DNA of 33,624 bases, from assembly GCA_963601985.1 (NCBI GenBank), contig CAVCHK010000108.1, positions 1 to 33,624 of the forward strand. The letters run 5' to 3'. Source of the stretch: Paludibacteraceae bacterium. GTDB lineage: Bacteria; Bacillota_I; Bacilli_A; RF39; UBA660. Of the stretch, positions 1-8,230 are shown piece after piece (the first letter of the stretch is position 1; each line of letters starts with the position of its first letter). A program made the translations under genes and the position numbers. Under the pieces are notes generated by a model. The model saw nothing but the letters and a program-made list of their open reading frames with translations, ran no database searches and had not been told where the DNA came from.

Positions 1-1231
1 TAATATTAATAAGAAAAGACACAGCAGTACCAAATAAAACACCATTAATACCATAATATTTAACCAAAACAATAGATAATACTAAATTCACAAAAGCACA
101 TATAAATATATGCTTTTTATTATCCTTAAACAAACCATCAGCATTAATAAGAGCCACTAAAGGATAATACAAAATATTTAAAAATAAAGTCAAAGTAAAA
201 AGAACTACCGTTATATATCCCAATATATAACTATCCTTACCTACCCATACCGAAACAAATCCCCTAATACCTATCATAAACGTAATACACATACTAAAAG
301 CAATAAAAACAAATAAAACAAAAAATTCTTTGTATAAAGGATATACCCTATCATCTTCACCCTTAGCAAAAACATTACCAAAAGAATACACAGAAGAAAG
401 TTCTATCCTTGAAGCAATTTCATTTAAAAACCTTAAAATAAAATTATATGTAGTATAAATACTAACCATTATAGGTCCCCTAAAACCCATAAGAAGTAAA
501 GCATCAACATTATTAAGAATCAAATAACCTACCTGTGTCCAAGCCAAATCACGAGTCATCTTAACCATCGAAGTATTTTTCCTATCTATTTCATGAAGAT
601 ATGGATACTTCTTCTTAACAACAATCCTATTAATAATTTCTTCTAATATTTTCATTATAAGAATAACAATAGCAATAGCCTCTAAACTCCTATACTTAAC
701 CGTAGCAACTACAATTAAAATATCACATAAAAGTTTTACCCCATTAAATATAAGTGAATAAACATACTTCTCTTGAGCAGCACTAAGTACTGCCATAAAA
801 GTCTGTCCCTTACCAAAATAAGAAATCAAATAAGATGTAGATATAATAAAGAAACAAATAAGAGAAGACACCATATAACCATCTTCAAAATGATAAAATA
901 AATATAAACCTAAAGTAACTAAACAAATAATACCAAATATAATAAAACCAATTATTTTAAATATCCTTCTAGCTCCACCATATATAGCATTAATATCATT
1001 CTTATTCTTATCCGCAAAAGGCTTATATAAACTATATATAACAGCATCAGAAAAACCAGCCTGTGCTAAAAATACATAAGATATAATCTGATTAATAGTC
1101 TGATAATACCCATTACCAACATCACCAATATAAGTAATAAGTACATTCATCTTAACAAGACCAACAATACCAATTAACAAATAAGGCAATATATCACATA
1201 TCATATTTAAAAATATCTTCTTCGTCCTCAT
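1..1231 (-). CDS. MOP/Wzx-like polysaccharide (oligosaccharide) flippase, partial; C-terminus lies beyond the window start
   Basis: Absent from the supplied ORF track because its stop is outside the window. Reading complement triplets in the frame set by CAT at 1229-1231, there is no in-frame tta/cta/tca down to nt 2 (410 sense codons). The first in-frame upstream stop is at 1271-1273. AGGAAG lies 7 nt upstream of the ATG. The product MRTKKIFLNMICDILPYLLIGIVGLVKMNVLITYIGDVGNGYYQT... is polytopic and resembles Wzx-type polysaccharide biosynthesis proteins (family call from memory). Confidence 0.6.
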   Translation of the reverse strand, partial: MRTKKIFLNMICDILPYLLIGIVGLVKMNVLITYIGDVGNGYYQTINQIISYVFLAQAGFSDAVIYSLYKPFADKNKNDINAIYGGARRIFKIIGFIIFGIICLVTLGLYLFYHFEDGYMVSSLICFFIISTSYLISYFGKGQTFMAVLSAAQEKYVYSLIFNGVKLLCDILIVVATVKYRSLEAIAIVILIMKILEEIINRIVVKKKYPYLHEIDRKNTSMVKMTRDLAWTQVGYLILNNVDALLLMGFRGPIMVSIYTTYNFILRFLNEIASRIELSSVYSFGNVFAKGEDDRVYPLYKEFFVLFVFIAFSMCITFMIGIRGFVSVWVGKDSYILGYITVVLFTLTLFLNILYYPLVALINADGLFKDNKKHIFICAFVNLVLSIVLVKYYGINGVLFGTAVSFLINI

Positions 1232-1295
1232 AAATACACTTCCTATATATATGATACCATATTTTAATTTTTATATAAAGAAAAAAAGAATAATT

Positions 1296-1478
1296 TTACA
1301 CTTGCTTATTCTCATACATAACTAAAGCAGAAAAACAATATATCTGTTCCTCACCATATATACAACAAGAACTACTAAACTTAATATCAATAACCCTATA
1401 ATTATCATCTTCTAAAAACTTATTAATACCATCTTCCAAATCCCCCTCATGTTCTTCATCAAAAACTTTAACTTTCAT
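1296..1478 (-). CDS. cse60: Cse60-family small sporulation-associated protein (60 aa)
   Basis: ATG at 1478 is preceded by GGTGAT. MKVKVFDEEHEGDLEDGINKFL...GEEQIYCFSALVMY matches my recollection of the ~60-aa Cse60/YteV family. TAA stop. Confidence 0.6.
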   Translation of the reverse strand: MKVKVFDEEHEGDLEDGINKFLEDDNYRVIDIKFSSSCCIYGEEQIYCFSALVMYENKQV

Positions 1479-1487
1479 ATCATCACC

Positions 1488-1517
1488 AAAAAAAGTATAT
1501 AACTAAAACTATATACT
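1488..1517 (-). terminator. Rho-independent terminator after the lipoprotein gene
   Basis: On the minus strand: AGTATATA-GTTTTAGT-TATATACT (8-bp stem, arms at 1494-1501 and 1510-1517) followed by TTTTTTT. The all-AT stem is weak. Confidence 0.5.
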
Positions 1518-1527
1518 TTTTGTCGTA

Positions 1528-1995
1528 TTATCCCCTTTTAACCTCATAATAAATTTTATTTACTACTCCCTCACTATCAGTATACTCTAAATAAAGTTTA
1601 AAATTAACATCACTCGTAGAAGTATCAGTATAAATATTACCACTAAGCTTAATCTTATCATCACTATCCTTCTTCAAATTAACAGTATCATCAAAAATAC
1701 CAACCGAAGGAAAAACATCTTCATTCATATAATCATGAATAAGTAAAGCCTTAACATTATACATATCAATCAAAGGCTTATAAATAACAATACTATAATC
1801 AACAACTTCACTATCCTCATTATTCCTAGCAATATTAAAATAAGTATTAAATTCTAAACTATCTTCTTCATCATATACCTTCTGAGTTTCCAAATCATTC
1901 TTATATTCCAAGTAAGCATACTTCTCATCCTCTTCCTTAGTAGAACAACCCACTAAAAGAAACAAACAAAAAACAAAAAACAAATACCTTTTCAT
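1528..1995 (-). CDS. Lipoprotein of unknown function
   Basis: The N-terminus MKRYLFFVFCLFLLVGCSTKEE has a signal peptide plus an L-V-G-C lipobox. The track start at 1998 is GTG, 1 nt into the eno stop. ATG at 1995 is preferred. Confidence 0.7.
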   Translation of the reverse strand: MKRYLFFVFCLFLLVGCSTKEEDEKYAYLEYKNDLETQKVYDEEDSLEFNTYFNIARNNEDSEVVDYSIVIYKPLIDMYNVKALLIHDYMNEDVFPSVGIFDDTVNLKKDSDDKIKLSGNIYTDTSTSDVNFKLYLEYTDSEGVVNKIYYEVKRG

Positions 1996-1997
1996 CA

Positions 1998-3215
1998 CTA
2001 TATTTCTTCCTCTATCCTAAGTAATCTATTATATTTAGAAGTTCTCTCTCCCCTAGATAAAGAACCAGTTTTAATCTGTCCCAAATTAAGACCAACAGCA
2101 AAATCAGCAATATAATTATCTTCAGTTTCCCCACTACGATGAGAAATAATAGTATTATAATTATTCTCTTTAGCAAGTTTAATAGTATCAAACATCTCAC
2201 TTACAGTACCAATCTGATTAGGCTTAATCAAAATAGCATTAGCAATTCCCATCTTTATACCATCTTCTAATAACATCTTATTAGTAACAAACAAATCATC
2301 CCCAACAAGTTGAATATCAGATAGTTCCTTTGTCATAATCTTCCATCCCTCATAATCATCTTCAGCCATACCATCCTCTATAGATATAATATGATAATCA
2401 TTAACCAAACTTTTATAATAAGAAACAAGTTCTTGACTACTATAATCCTTACCTTCTATTACATAAACACCATCATGATATAACTCCGAAGCAGCAACAT
2501 CAAGGCCAATAAAAACATCATCGCCTAAAGTATAACCACTACTCTTAATAGCAGTGCAAATAAGATCCAAAGCCTCTCTAGCACTACATATCATAGGGGA
2601 AAATCCCCCCTCATCACCAACACCACATAATAAACCATTATCCTTAAGAACACTCTTCAAAGTATTAAAAATCTCACTACCCATTCTTAAATTATCACTA
2701 TATTCACTCTTACTAGGTATTATCATAAACTCTTGAAAATCAAGATTATTATTAGCATGAACTCCCCCATTCAAAATATTCATCATACACCTAGGCATAC
2801 TATATTCACTACCAATATACTCATATATCTCTTTATTATTATCCATAGCACTTGCCCTAAGTACCGCAAGTGATACCCCAAGCATAGCATTAGCACCTAA
2901 TTTCCCCTTATTAGAAGTCCCATCTTCTTCTATCATAACATTATCAATATCCCTTATTTTATTAGCATCCATTCCCACTATCAAAGATTTAATAATATTA
3001 TTAACATTACTAACTGCCTTAAGAACCCCCTTGCCATGATATCTATTAGAATCATTATCTCTAAGTTCCAAAGCCTCTCTCTTTCCCGTAGAAGCACCAC
3101 TAGGTACTGAAGCAATACCCTTTATTCCAGATTCTAACAAAACCTCTACTTCAACAGTAGGATTACCCCTAGAATCTAATATCTCTCTCGCATAAACATC
3201 ACATATTTTACTCAT
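1998..3215 (-). CDS. eno: Enolase (phosphopyruvate hydratase)
   Basis: Motifs VYAREILDSRGNPTVEVEV, GDEGGF, LIKPNQIGT, SHRSGETED and GQIKTGSLSR are present. The track start at 3230 is the ATG inside ATGGAGGATATAAGTATG, where GGAGGA acts as the SD for the second ATG at 3215 (MSKICDV...). Confidence 0.95.
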   Translation of the reverse strand: MSKICDVYAREILDSRGNPTVEVEVLLESGIKGIASVPSGASTGKREALELRDNDSNRYHGKGVLKAVSNVNNIIKSLIVGMDANKIRDIDNVMIEEDGTSNKGKLGANAMLGVSLAVLRASAMDNNKEIYEYIGSEYSMPRCMMNILNGGVHANNNLDFQEFMIIPSKSEYSDNLRMGSEIFNTLKSVLKDNGLLCGVGDEGGFSPMICSAREALDLICTAIKSSGYTLGDDVFIGLDVAASELYHDGVYVIEGKDYSSQELVSYYKSLVNDYHIISIEDGMAEDDYEGWKIMTKELSDIQLVGDDLFVTNKMLLEDGIKMGIANAILIKPNQIGTVSEMFDTIKLAKENNYNTIISHRSGETEDNYIADFAVGLNLGQIKTGSLSRGERTSKYNRLLRIEEEI

Positions 3216-3271
3216 ACTTATATCCTCCATTACTAATTATAAAGCATATATAAATAAAAATCAAGCAAAGT

Positions 3272-3295
3272 AAAAAAGAACACAAAAAGTGTTCT
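3272..3295 (-). terminator. Rho-independent terminator of the rpsP-KH unit, overlapping the KH stop codon
   Basis: On the minus strand: AGAACAC-TTTTT-GTGTTCT (7-bp stem, arms at 3289-3295 and 3277-3283) followed by TTTTTAC. Confidence 0.6.
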
Positions 3296-3548
3296 AATAA
3301 GAGTCAACATTAATTTTAACAAGCTTATTATCTAAGTTAAAAGAAGCAGCCTGTACTATAGTTCTAATAGAATTAATAGTCTTACCACTATGACCAATTA
3401 CCTTAGCCATATCATCACTACTTACCATAACCTCAATTAAAATAACATTATCATCATCTGACTCAAATTCCTTTACCGATACCGCTTCACTATCATTACA
3501 AATACCCTTAACAATAAATTCTGTAAGTTCTACTAAACTACTATTCAT
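3294..3548 (-). CDS. khpA: Small KH-domain RNA-binding protein (YlqC/KhpA-like)
   Basis: 84 aa, immediately downstream of rpsP, the conserved Bacillota position. VIGHSGKTINSIRTIV is a KH GxxG-type motif. Confidence 0.8.
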   Translation of the reverse strand: MNSSLVELTEFIVKGICNDSEAVSVKEFESDDDNVILIEVMVSSDDMAKVIGHSGKTINSIRTIVQAASFNLDNKLVKINVDSY

Positions 3549-3821
3549 TTACTTACCCTGTTTCAAATTATGAAATTTTTCCATAATTCCAACTTTACTA
3601 AATAAATTCTTAACAGTATCAGTAGGAATAGCACCATTATTAAGCCATTTAATCGCAGCCTCTTCATCAATTTTAACTTCACAAGGAGTAACTAAAGGAT
3701 TATAAGTACCAATATTCTCAATAAATCTACCATCCCTAGGACTTCTTGAATCCGCTACAACAACACGATAAAAAGGTGCCTTCTTAGCTCCCATTCTCTT
3801 AAGTCTAATTTTAACTGCCAT
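3549..3821 (-). CDS. rpsP: 30S ribosomal protein S16
   Basis: [41 protein letters not shown] is canonical bS16. Confidence 0.95.
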   Translation of the reverse strand: MAVKIRLKRMGAKKAPFYRVVVADSRSPRDGRFIENIGTYNPLVTPCEVKIDEEAAIKWLNNGAIPTDTVKNLFSKVGIMEKFHNLKQGK

Positions 3822-3845
3822 ATATATCCCTCTCTTTCTACTAGT

Positions 3846-3874
3846 ATTCTATCATAAAAAAAATATACTGTCAA
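3846..3874 (-). promoter_or_regulatory. Sigma-A type promoter for rpsP
   Basis: On the minus strand: TTGACA (3869-3874), 17-nt spacer ending in TGA, then TAGAAT (3846-3851), followed by the AGAAAGAGAGGGA SD region. Confidence 0.55.
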
Positions 3875-3895
3875 CCTTTTTATGTTACAGTATAT
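3856..3895 (-). terminator. Terminator of the 368-aa orphan gene
   Basis: On the minus strand: ATATACTGT (3887-3895) pairs with ACAGTATAT (3863-3871) across a 15-nt loop, followed by TTTTTTT. It overlaps the rpsP -35 box. Confidence 0.5.
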
Positions 3896-3903
3896 TAATA
3901 AAA

Positions 3904-5010
3904 TTATAAATTATTCCTTATCCTAACAAGTCTTTTATTCTTATCATAATCCTTCTTCTTATCCTTTAAAGTACCACTAATAACAAGATCCAAATTACTC
4001 TCAAAATCAACAATATTAGTATGATTAAACCTAATCATTCTATTAGTACTAATCTCATCACTACTAGAAAGTTCCAAATAACTCCTACATACTAAAGCAA
4101 AATCATCTTTAGAATAATTCCTATTATCCAAATAAACAACCTTAGTATAACTACTACCACTACTAGGCTCCATAACCATTATATAATTACCCTCATAATC
4201 AATATATAAATAACAATAATAATCAGTCTTATTACTAGAATAATCAGAAGCTAAACAATAAAACTTATAATCAAAAGAAGTAAGAACCTTAACCCTATCA
4301 CTAACAGGTAAAATATCATTAACTCTCTCTCTATTACCATTACCAATATAAGAATTTTTTCTAACTATTTTATCACCCAAAGAAGGAATATAATTAATAC
4401 TTACCATTCTTTTCCTATCATATTCCATCAAATCATTCTTATAACTAACATTAAGATAATTAATATAACTAATAATCCTATCAGTAGCCATATTCATTTC
4501 ACCAGAATAATCAGCTAAATTATAAATCTTCTTACCAACCCTCTTATAAGTAGTATCATAAATACCATTCATTAAACCATGAAATATCCTCATCTTATCA
4601 GTTAATCCAAGACTAGGATAATCAATCTTAACCCTATTCCTAATAACATCACGCATATTACTATTATATTTCATAATACAACCACTTTTATATAAAGTAC
4701 CATCAGTAACCTTATAACCCACTATAGAAGAATTAATAAGCTGCTTATTATCATTAGAAGAATAAACAACAACCCTAGTTCTACGATCACTACCAATAGC
4801 CTCCAAATACAAACAGTTATCCTCATCATAAGCAAGAGTATAATAAGAAGGAATAAACATATCAAATGTACTAGTACCACTATTCCTAATCTTATTTAAG
4901 ATAGCATAATTAAAATACTTAGGTAAATAATTACTATTAATAACAAAATTCCTAAAAGGAATACCATTAATCCTTATATAATCATCAATCCTATTCAAAA
5001 AATAAAACAT
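3904..5010 (-). CDS. Hypothetical cytoplasmic protein, Y/N/D-rich, no recognisable domain
   Basis: Long ORF with host-like G/T-ending codons. The track start at 5025 is TTG. ATG at 5010 lies 7 nt after GGGGGA (MFYFLNRIDDY...). It has its own promoter and terminator. Confidence 0.75.
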   Translation of the reverse strand: MFYFLNRIDDYIRINGIPFRNFVINSNYLPKYFNYAILNKIRNSGTSTFDMFIPSYYTLAYDEDNCLYLEAIGSDRRTRVVVYSSNDNKQLINSSIVGYKVTDGTLYKSGCIMKYNSNMRDVIRNRVKIDYPSLGLTDKMRIFHGLMNGIYDTTYKRVGKKIYNLADYSGEMNMATDRIISYINYLNVSYKNDLMEYDRKRMVSINYIPSLGDKIVRKNSYIGNGNRERVNDILPVSDRVKVLTSFDYKFYCLASDYSSNKTDYYCYLYIDYEGNYIMVMEPSSGSSYTKVVYLDNRNYSKDDFALVCRSYLELSSSDEISTNRMIRFNHTNIVDFESNLDLVISGTLKDKKKDYDKNKRLVRIRNNL

Positions 5011-5035
5011 AAAATCATCCCCCAACTCGCTAGAT

Positions 5036-5064
5036 ATATTACCACAAAATCAAAAAAAAGTCAA
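5036..5064 (-). promoter_or_regulatory. Sigma-A type promoter for the 368-aa orphan gene
   Basis: On the minus strand: TTGACT (5059-5064), 17-nt spacer ending in TGG, then TAATAT (5036-5041). Confidence 0.45.
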
Positions 5065-5089
5065 AAAAAAAACTACGTTAGTAGTTTTT
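5063..5089 (-). terminator. Terminator of the TasA-like gene, overlapping its TAA stop
   Basis: Arms at 5068-5076 (aaaaactac) and 5081-5089 (gtagttttt) with loop gtta. On the minus strand the hairpin is followed by a long T-run. Confidence 0.6.
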
Positions 5090-5729
5090 ACACCCCATTA
5101 CTCCCAACACCATTAACAGTACCAGTAAGTTCACTTCCCAATACCGAATAGTACTTAACAGAAGCACTATAACTACCACCTGCATCATCATCATCCTGTG
5201 CTTCTTCAATATTACTAAGCCATACAACAAGTTTAAAATTCCTAGAAGTAGGAGTAGTACTACTACCTTCTTCAAGTATAAAATTATCTCCTAAAGATAA
5301 ATCATTAGCCTCTTCTACATTAACAGAAGTCTTATCAAGATAAATATTATCATTTTCATCAAGTACCATATAACTAAGATGCTTAATATTATTAACCTTA
5401 AAACTAATCATACCAACAACATCCTGCTTATAAGAAAAATTAGATAAAGTAAAATTAAAAACATTACAAGCCCCATATCCATAATCATCAATACAATTAT
5501 TCAAATAAGCCGTCATAATATCCTCATCCCTAGTAGGAATAAGCTTAATACCACTAGTCATATCACTAACACCAAGACCAAGTACAACCTTACCAGCCTC
5601 TACAGATACAGCATTAAGCTTACTTCTATTACTTATAGTAAAATAAGAAAAAGTAATACCAACAAGTAATACACTAACACTTAAAATCGTAGTAGCAAGC
5701 AAAAACTTATTAACTTTATTACTATCCAT
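5088..5729 (-). CDS. Secreted protein with a SipW-type (TasA/CalY/camelysin-like) signal peptide
   Basis: The N-terminus ...NKFLLATTILSVSVLLVGITFSYFTISNRSKLNAVSVEAGKVVLGLG follows the TasA-family pattern (hydrophobic core, G-x-T-F-[AS]-Y-F-[TSN], then AG-x-L-x-L). ATG at 5729 lies 9 nt after AAGGGA, whereas the track ATG at 5738 abuts the SD. Confidence 0.6.
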   Translation of the reverse strand: MDSNKVNKFLLATTILSVSVLLVGITFSYFTISNRSKLNAVSVEAGKVVLGLGVSDMTSGIKLIPTRDEDIMTAYLNNCIDDYGYGACNVFNFTLSNFSYKQDVVGMISFKVNNIKHLSYMVLDENDNIYLDKTSVNVEEANDLSLGDNFILEEGSSTTPTSRNFKLVVWLSNIEEAQDDDDAGGSYSASVKYYSVLGSELTGTVNGVGSNGV

Positions 5730-5752
5730 ATCTATCATCCCTTACTATAAAT

Positions 5753-5781
5753 ATAATAACAAAAAATTAATATTATTGCAA
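5753..5781 (-). promoter_or_regulatory. Candidate promoter of the TasA-like gene
   Basis: On the minus strand: TTGCAA (5776-5781), 17-nt spacer, TATTAT (5753-5758). Confidence 0.4.
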
Positions 5782-5815
5782 TAAAAAAATGTAAATATAA
5801 AACCCATATTTACAT
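5782..5815 (-). terminator. Rho-independent terminator after hisS
   Basis: On the minus strand: ATGTAAATAT-GGGTTTT-ATATTTACAT (10-bp stem, arms at 5806-5815 and 5789-5798) followed by TTTTTTTATT. Confidence 0.65.
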
Positions 5816-5823
5816 CAATTTAA

Positions 5824-7104
5824 CTATTCCCTTATCTTTAAAATATCACATATATTATCAATATCACTAATAGATACACTTATATTACTACTATTAACCA
5901 TATCCCTAATCTCAATATACCCACTATTAATCTCATTCTCACCAATAACAATAACATAAGGAATATTATTCTTATCAGCCCTCTCTAACACCTTACCAAG
6001 CCTCTTACCACTCATCTCAATAAGAGCCCTAACACCTCTCTCTCTAATCAGACTAGCAAACTCTAAAGACTCCAAATTAGTATTCATAGGAACAATAAGA
6101 ACATCATATAAAGAATCATCATAACTATCCTTAAGAATCTCACAAATAGGAACAATACCAAAAGATATACCTACCGCAGGATAACTATTACCATCATCTA
6201 TAAAATTAGTAATAATCTTATCATACCTACCACCGCCACCTAAAGCACAAGTAAGCCTTTTATCCCTATCAAATACTTCCCATATCACACCTGTATAAAT
6301 TTCAAGTCCTCTAGCCAAATAAGGAGTAAACTTGCACTCAGTAAGGCCAAGCTTATCAATATAATAGAAAAGTTCACTAATCTCATTCTTACCCGAAATA
6401 AACATATCATTAGAAATAGAAAGATTCATAATCTCATCAAAAGACATCTTAAAATAACCAAATAACTTATTAAGCTTATCATTATCAATATCCAAAAGCT
6501 CACCTCTAACACCATCTTCACCTATTTTAGCAAGCTTATCAACAGATAAAATAACCCTATTAGCAGCAGCACTATCAATATCACAAGAAATAATAAGCCC
6601 CTCAAGTAACTTTCTATTATTAACTTCTATATAAACATCAATACCAAGTTTTTTATAGCAGGAAATAGTCATCTCAATCATTTCCGCTTCTATAAAAGAA
6701 CCACTAATACCACATACATCAACATCGCATTGATAAAACTCTCTATCTCTACCACTCTTAACAGGACCATCTCTAAATACCTTACCTACTTCATATCTCT
6801 TAAAAGGCAAACTAATTCCCTTATTAATATTCATACTAATAACCTTAGCAAAAGGTACCGTAAGATCATACCTAAGACCAAGTTCTCTATCACCCTGATC
6901 ACTTAAAGTATATACCTCTTTTAAAATCTCACTACCCCCAGCATATTTACTAGCAAGTAAATCATAATAACACAAAATACTACTATCAAGTGGTAAATAC
7001 CCATAACACTCAAAAGTATCCGTAAGAGTACTAATAACCCCTCTTTTAATAACCTCACTACTAGGCAAACTATCACTACTACCCTTAACATTCATAAGTT
7101 TCAT
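5824..7104 (-). CDS. hisS: Histidine--tRNA ligase
   Basis: Class II motifs are present: LRYDLTVPFAKV, FKRYEVGKVFRDGPVKSGRDREFYQCDVDVCG and GGGGRYD, plus a C-terminal anticodon-binding domain. The track start at 7113 is GTG. ATG at 7104 follows AGAGGTGAT (MKLMNVKGSSDSLP...). Confidence 0.9.
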   Translation of the reverse strand: MKLMNVKGSSDSLPSSEVIKRGVISTLTDTFECYGYLPLDSSILCYYDLLASKYAGGSEILKEVYTLSDQGDRELGLRYDLTVPFAKVISMNINKGISLPFKRYEVGKVFRDGPVKSGRDREFYQCDVDVCGISGSFIEAEMIEMTISCYKKLGIDVYIEVNNRKLLEGLIISCDIDSAAANRVILSVDKLAKIGEDGVRGELLDIDNDKLNKLFGYFKMSFDEIMNLSISNDMFISGKNEISELFYYIDKLGLTECKFTPYLARGLEIYTGVIWEVFDRDKRLTCALGGGGRYDKIITNFIDDGNSYPAVGISFGIVPICEILKDSYDDSLYDVLIVPMNTNLESLEFASLIRERGVRALIEMSGKRLGKVLERADKNNIPYVIVIGENEINSGYIEIRDMVNSSNISVSISDIDNICDILKIRE

Positions 7105-7115
7105 ACACATCACCT

Positions 7116-7628
7116 CTATTCTTTAATCTTACATCTCATCTTAAAATTAACCTTCATTAAATCAAGTAAATCACAAATAGTAACATAATCACACTCTTTA
7201 CCAGAGTCTGAAAACTTAACAGATATACCCCCCTTAGAACTCCAATAATCCAAATTAGGAATAAAATCATCCACTAATATAGCACCATTAGGATTAATAA
7301 AATCCCCTTTAGGAATACTCTTAGGTACAACATTAACCTTAACATTAGGTAACATCCTATTAAAATACCTAATCTTAGAATAACCCTCATTATCAGAATT
7401 AATATGAGTAAGTATCTCAATATCAAAATAATTACACAACTCTTTTATCTTATCAATAGCATTATCAATCTCTCCACATTCCTCTATATATTCATCCCAA
7501 TTAAGTTTAGAAAAATATAAACCCGTATCATAAGCAGTAATAATACCAAGACCCTTAAGCTTATTAAAAGCCTCTTTAGATACAGTATTCAAAATAACAC
7601 CATCACAATCCAAATATAACTTTTGCAT
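7116..7628 (-). CDS. HAD-superfamily hydrolase (5'(3')-deoxyribonucleotidase-like)
   Basis: HAD motif I is LYLDCDGVILNT and the late motif is ILVDDFIPNLDYW. The 170-aa size fits the small NT5C-like subgroup (subgroup call is tentative). Confidence 0.6.
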   Translation of the reverse strand: MQKLYLDCDGVILNTVSKEAFNKLKGLGIITAYDTGLYFSKLNWDEYIEECGEIDNAIDKIKELCNYFDIEILTHINSDNEGYSKIRYFNRMLPNVKVNVVPKSIPKGDFINPNGAILVDDFIPNLDYWSSKGGISVKFSDSGKECDYVTICDLLDLMKVNFKMRCKIKE

Positions 7629-7637
7629 AAAACACCC

Positions 7638-8183
7638 CTAACCTAAAATAGAATTAACTTCTTCACTTCCACTATAAAATTCAATAATTTTACCATTAGA
7701 AACTTTAATAACTGAAGGATTTTCAACTCTTAAACTACTAATATCCTCTACTATTCCCGAAGCCTCTCCTACATAATTACTATTAAATCCATCATTCAAA
7801 TCAACCTTATAAACCACTAAAGATAAACTATCTATACTACTACTAATATTATCATTCTTATCACTACTATCGTAATAGAAGACATAATACTCTTCTTCCT
7901 TTTGATTCAAACTATCAACAGCAAGTATCTTATTACTAACACTACTACTATCACTATTATCACTACTATCACTACTAGTAGTACTCTTTTTACCAAATGA
8001 TAAATCCTTAGTAACAAATAAACCAACTATCAAATACAAAATAACAAACAAACAAACCAAAACACCCAAAATAACAAATAAAGTCTTAGGTTTAAGTTCA
8101 TTAGCCTTTTGTCTTTTTATTTGTACCTCACGAACATTTCTTCCATCTTTTTTAGCTTGTTTTCTCTTAAGTTCTCTTCCCAT
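7638..8183 (-). CDS. Membrane-anchored protein with basic N-terminus, one TM helix, Ser/Asp-rich linker and small C-terminal domain; function unknown
   Basis: The TM segment is TLFVILGVLVCLFVILYLIVGLFV and the linker is SSDSSDNSDSSS. ATG at 8183 lies 6 nt after AAGAGGTG; the track start at 8192 is GTG. Confidence 0.7.
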   Translation of the reverse strand: MGRELKRKQAKKDGRNVREVQIKRQKANELKPKTLFVILGVLVCLFVILYLIVGLFVTKDLSFGKKSTTSSDSSDNSDSSSVSNKILAVDSLNQKEEEYYVFYYDSSDKNDNISSSIDSLSLVVYKVDLNDGFNSNYVGEASGIVEDISSLRVENPSVIKVSNGKIIEFYSGSEEVNSILG

Positions 8184-8230
8184 AAATAACACCTCTTAAT
8201 AATTATAATATATAAATCAAACTTTGTAAA

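Noticed and set aside
1998-3215. Enolase as a possible pseudogene or truncated copy (405 aa versus about 430 aa typical)
   Set aside because: The frame is uninterrupted and the catalytic and metal-binding motifs are present (QEFMI, GDEGGF, IKPNQIG, SHRSGETED, IKTG). Only the non-conserved C-terminal tail and short loops are missing.
5088-5729. Type IV pilin identity for the 5088-5729 product, considered because a prepilin peptidase is present in the window
   Set aside because: Its N-terminus lacks the short basic leader ending in Gly followed by F/M-x-x-x-E. The hydrophobic core followed by TFSYFT fits SipW-type signals instead.
5824-7104. T-box leader upstream of hisS
   Set aside because: hisS starts 12 nt after the stop of the preceding HAD gene within a long operon (ecfA1 to hisS), so there is no room for a leader.
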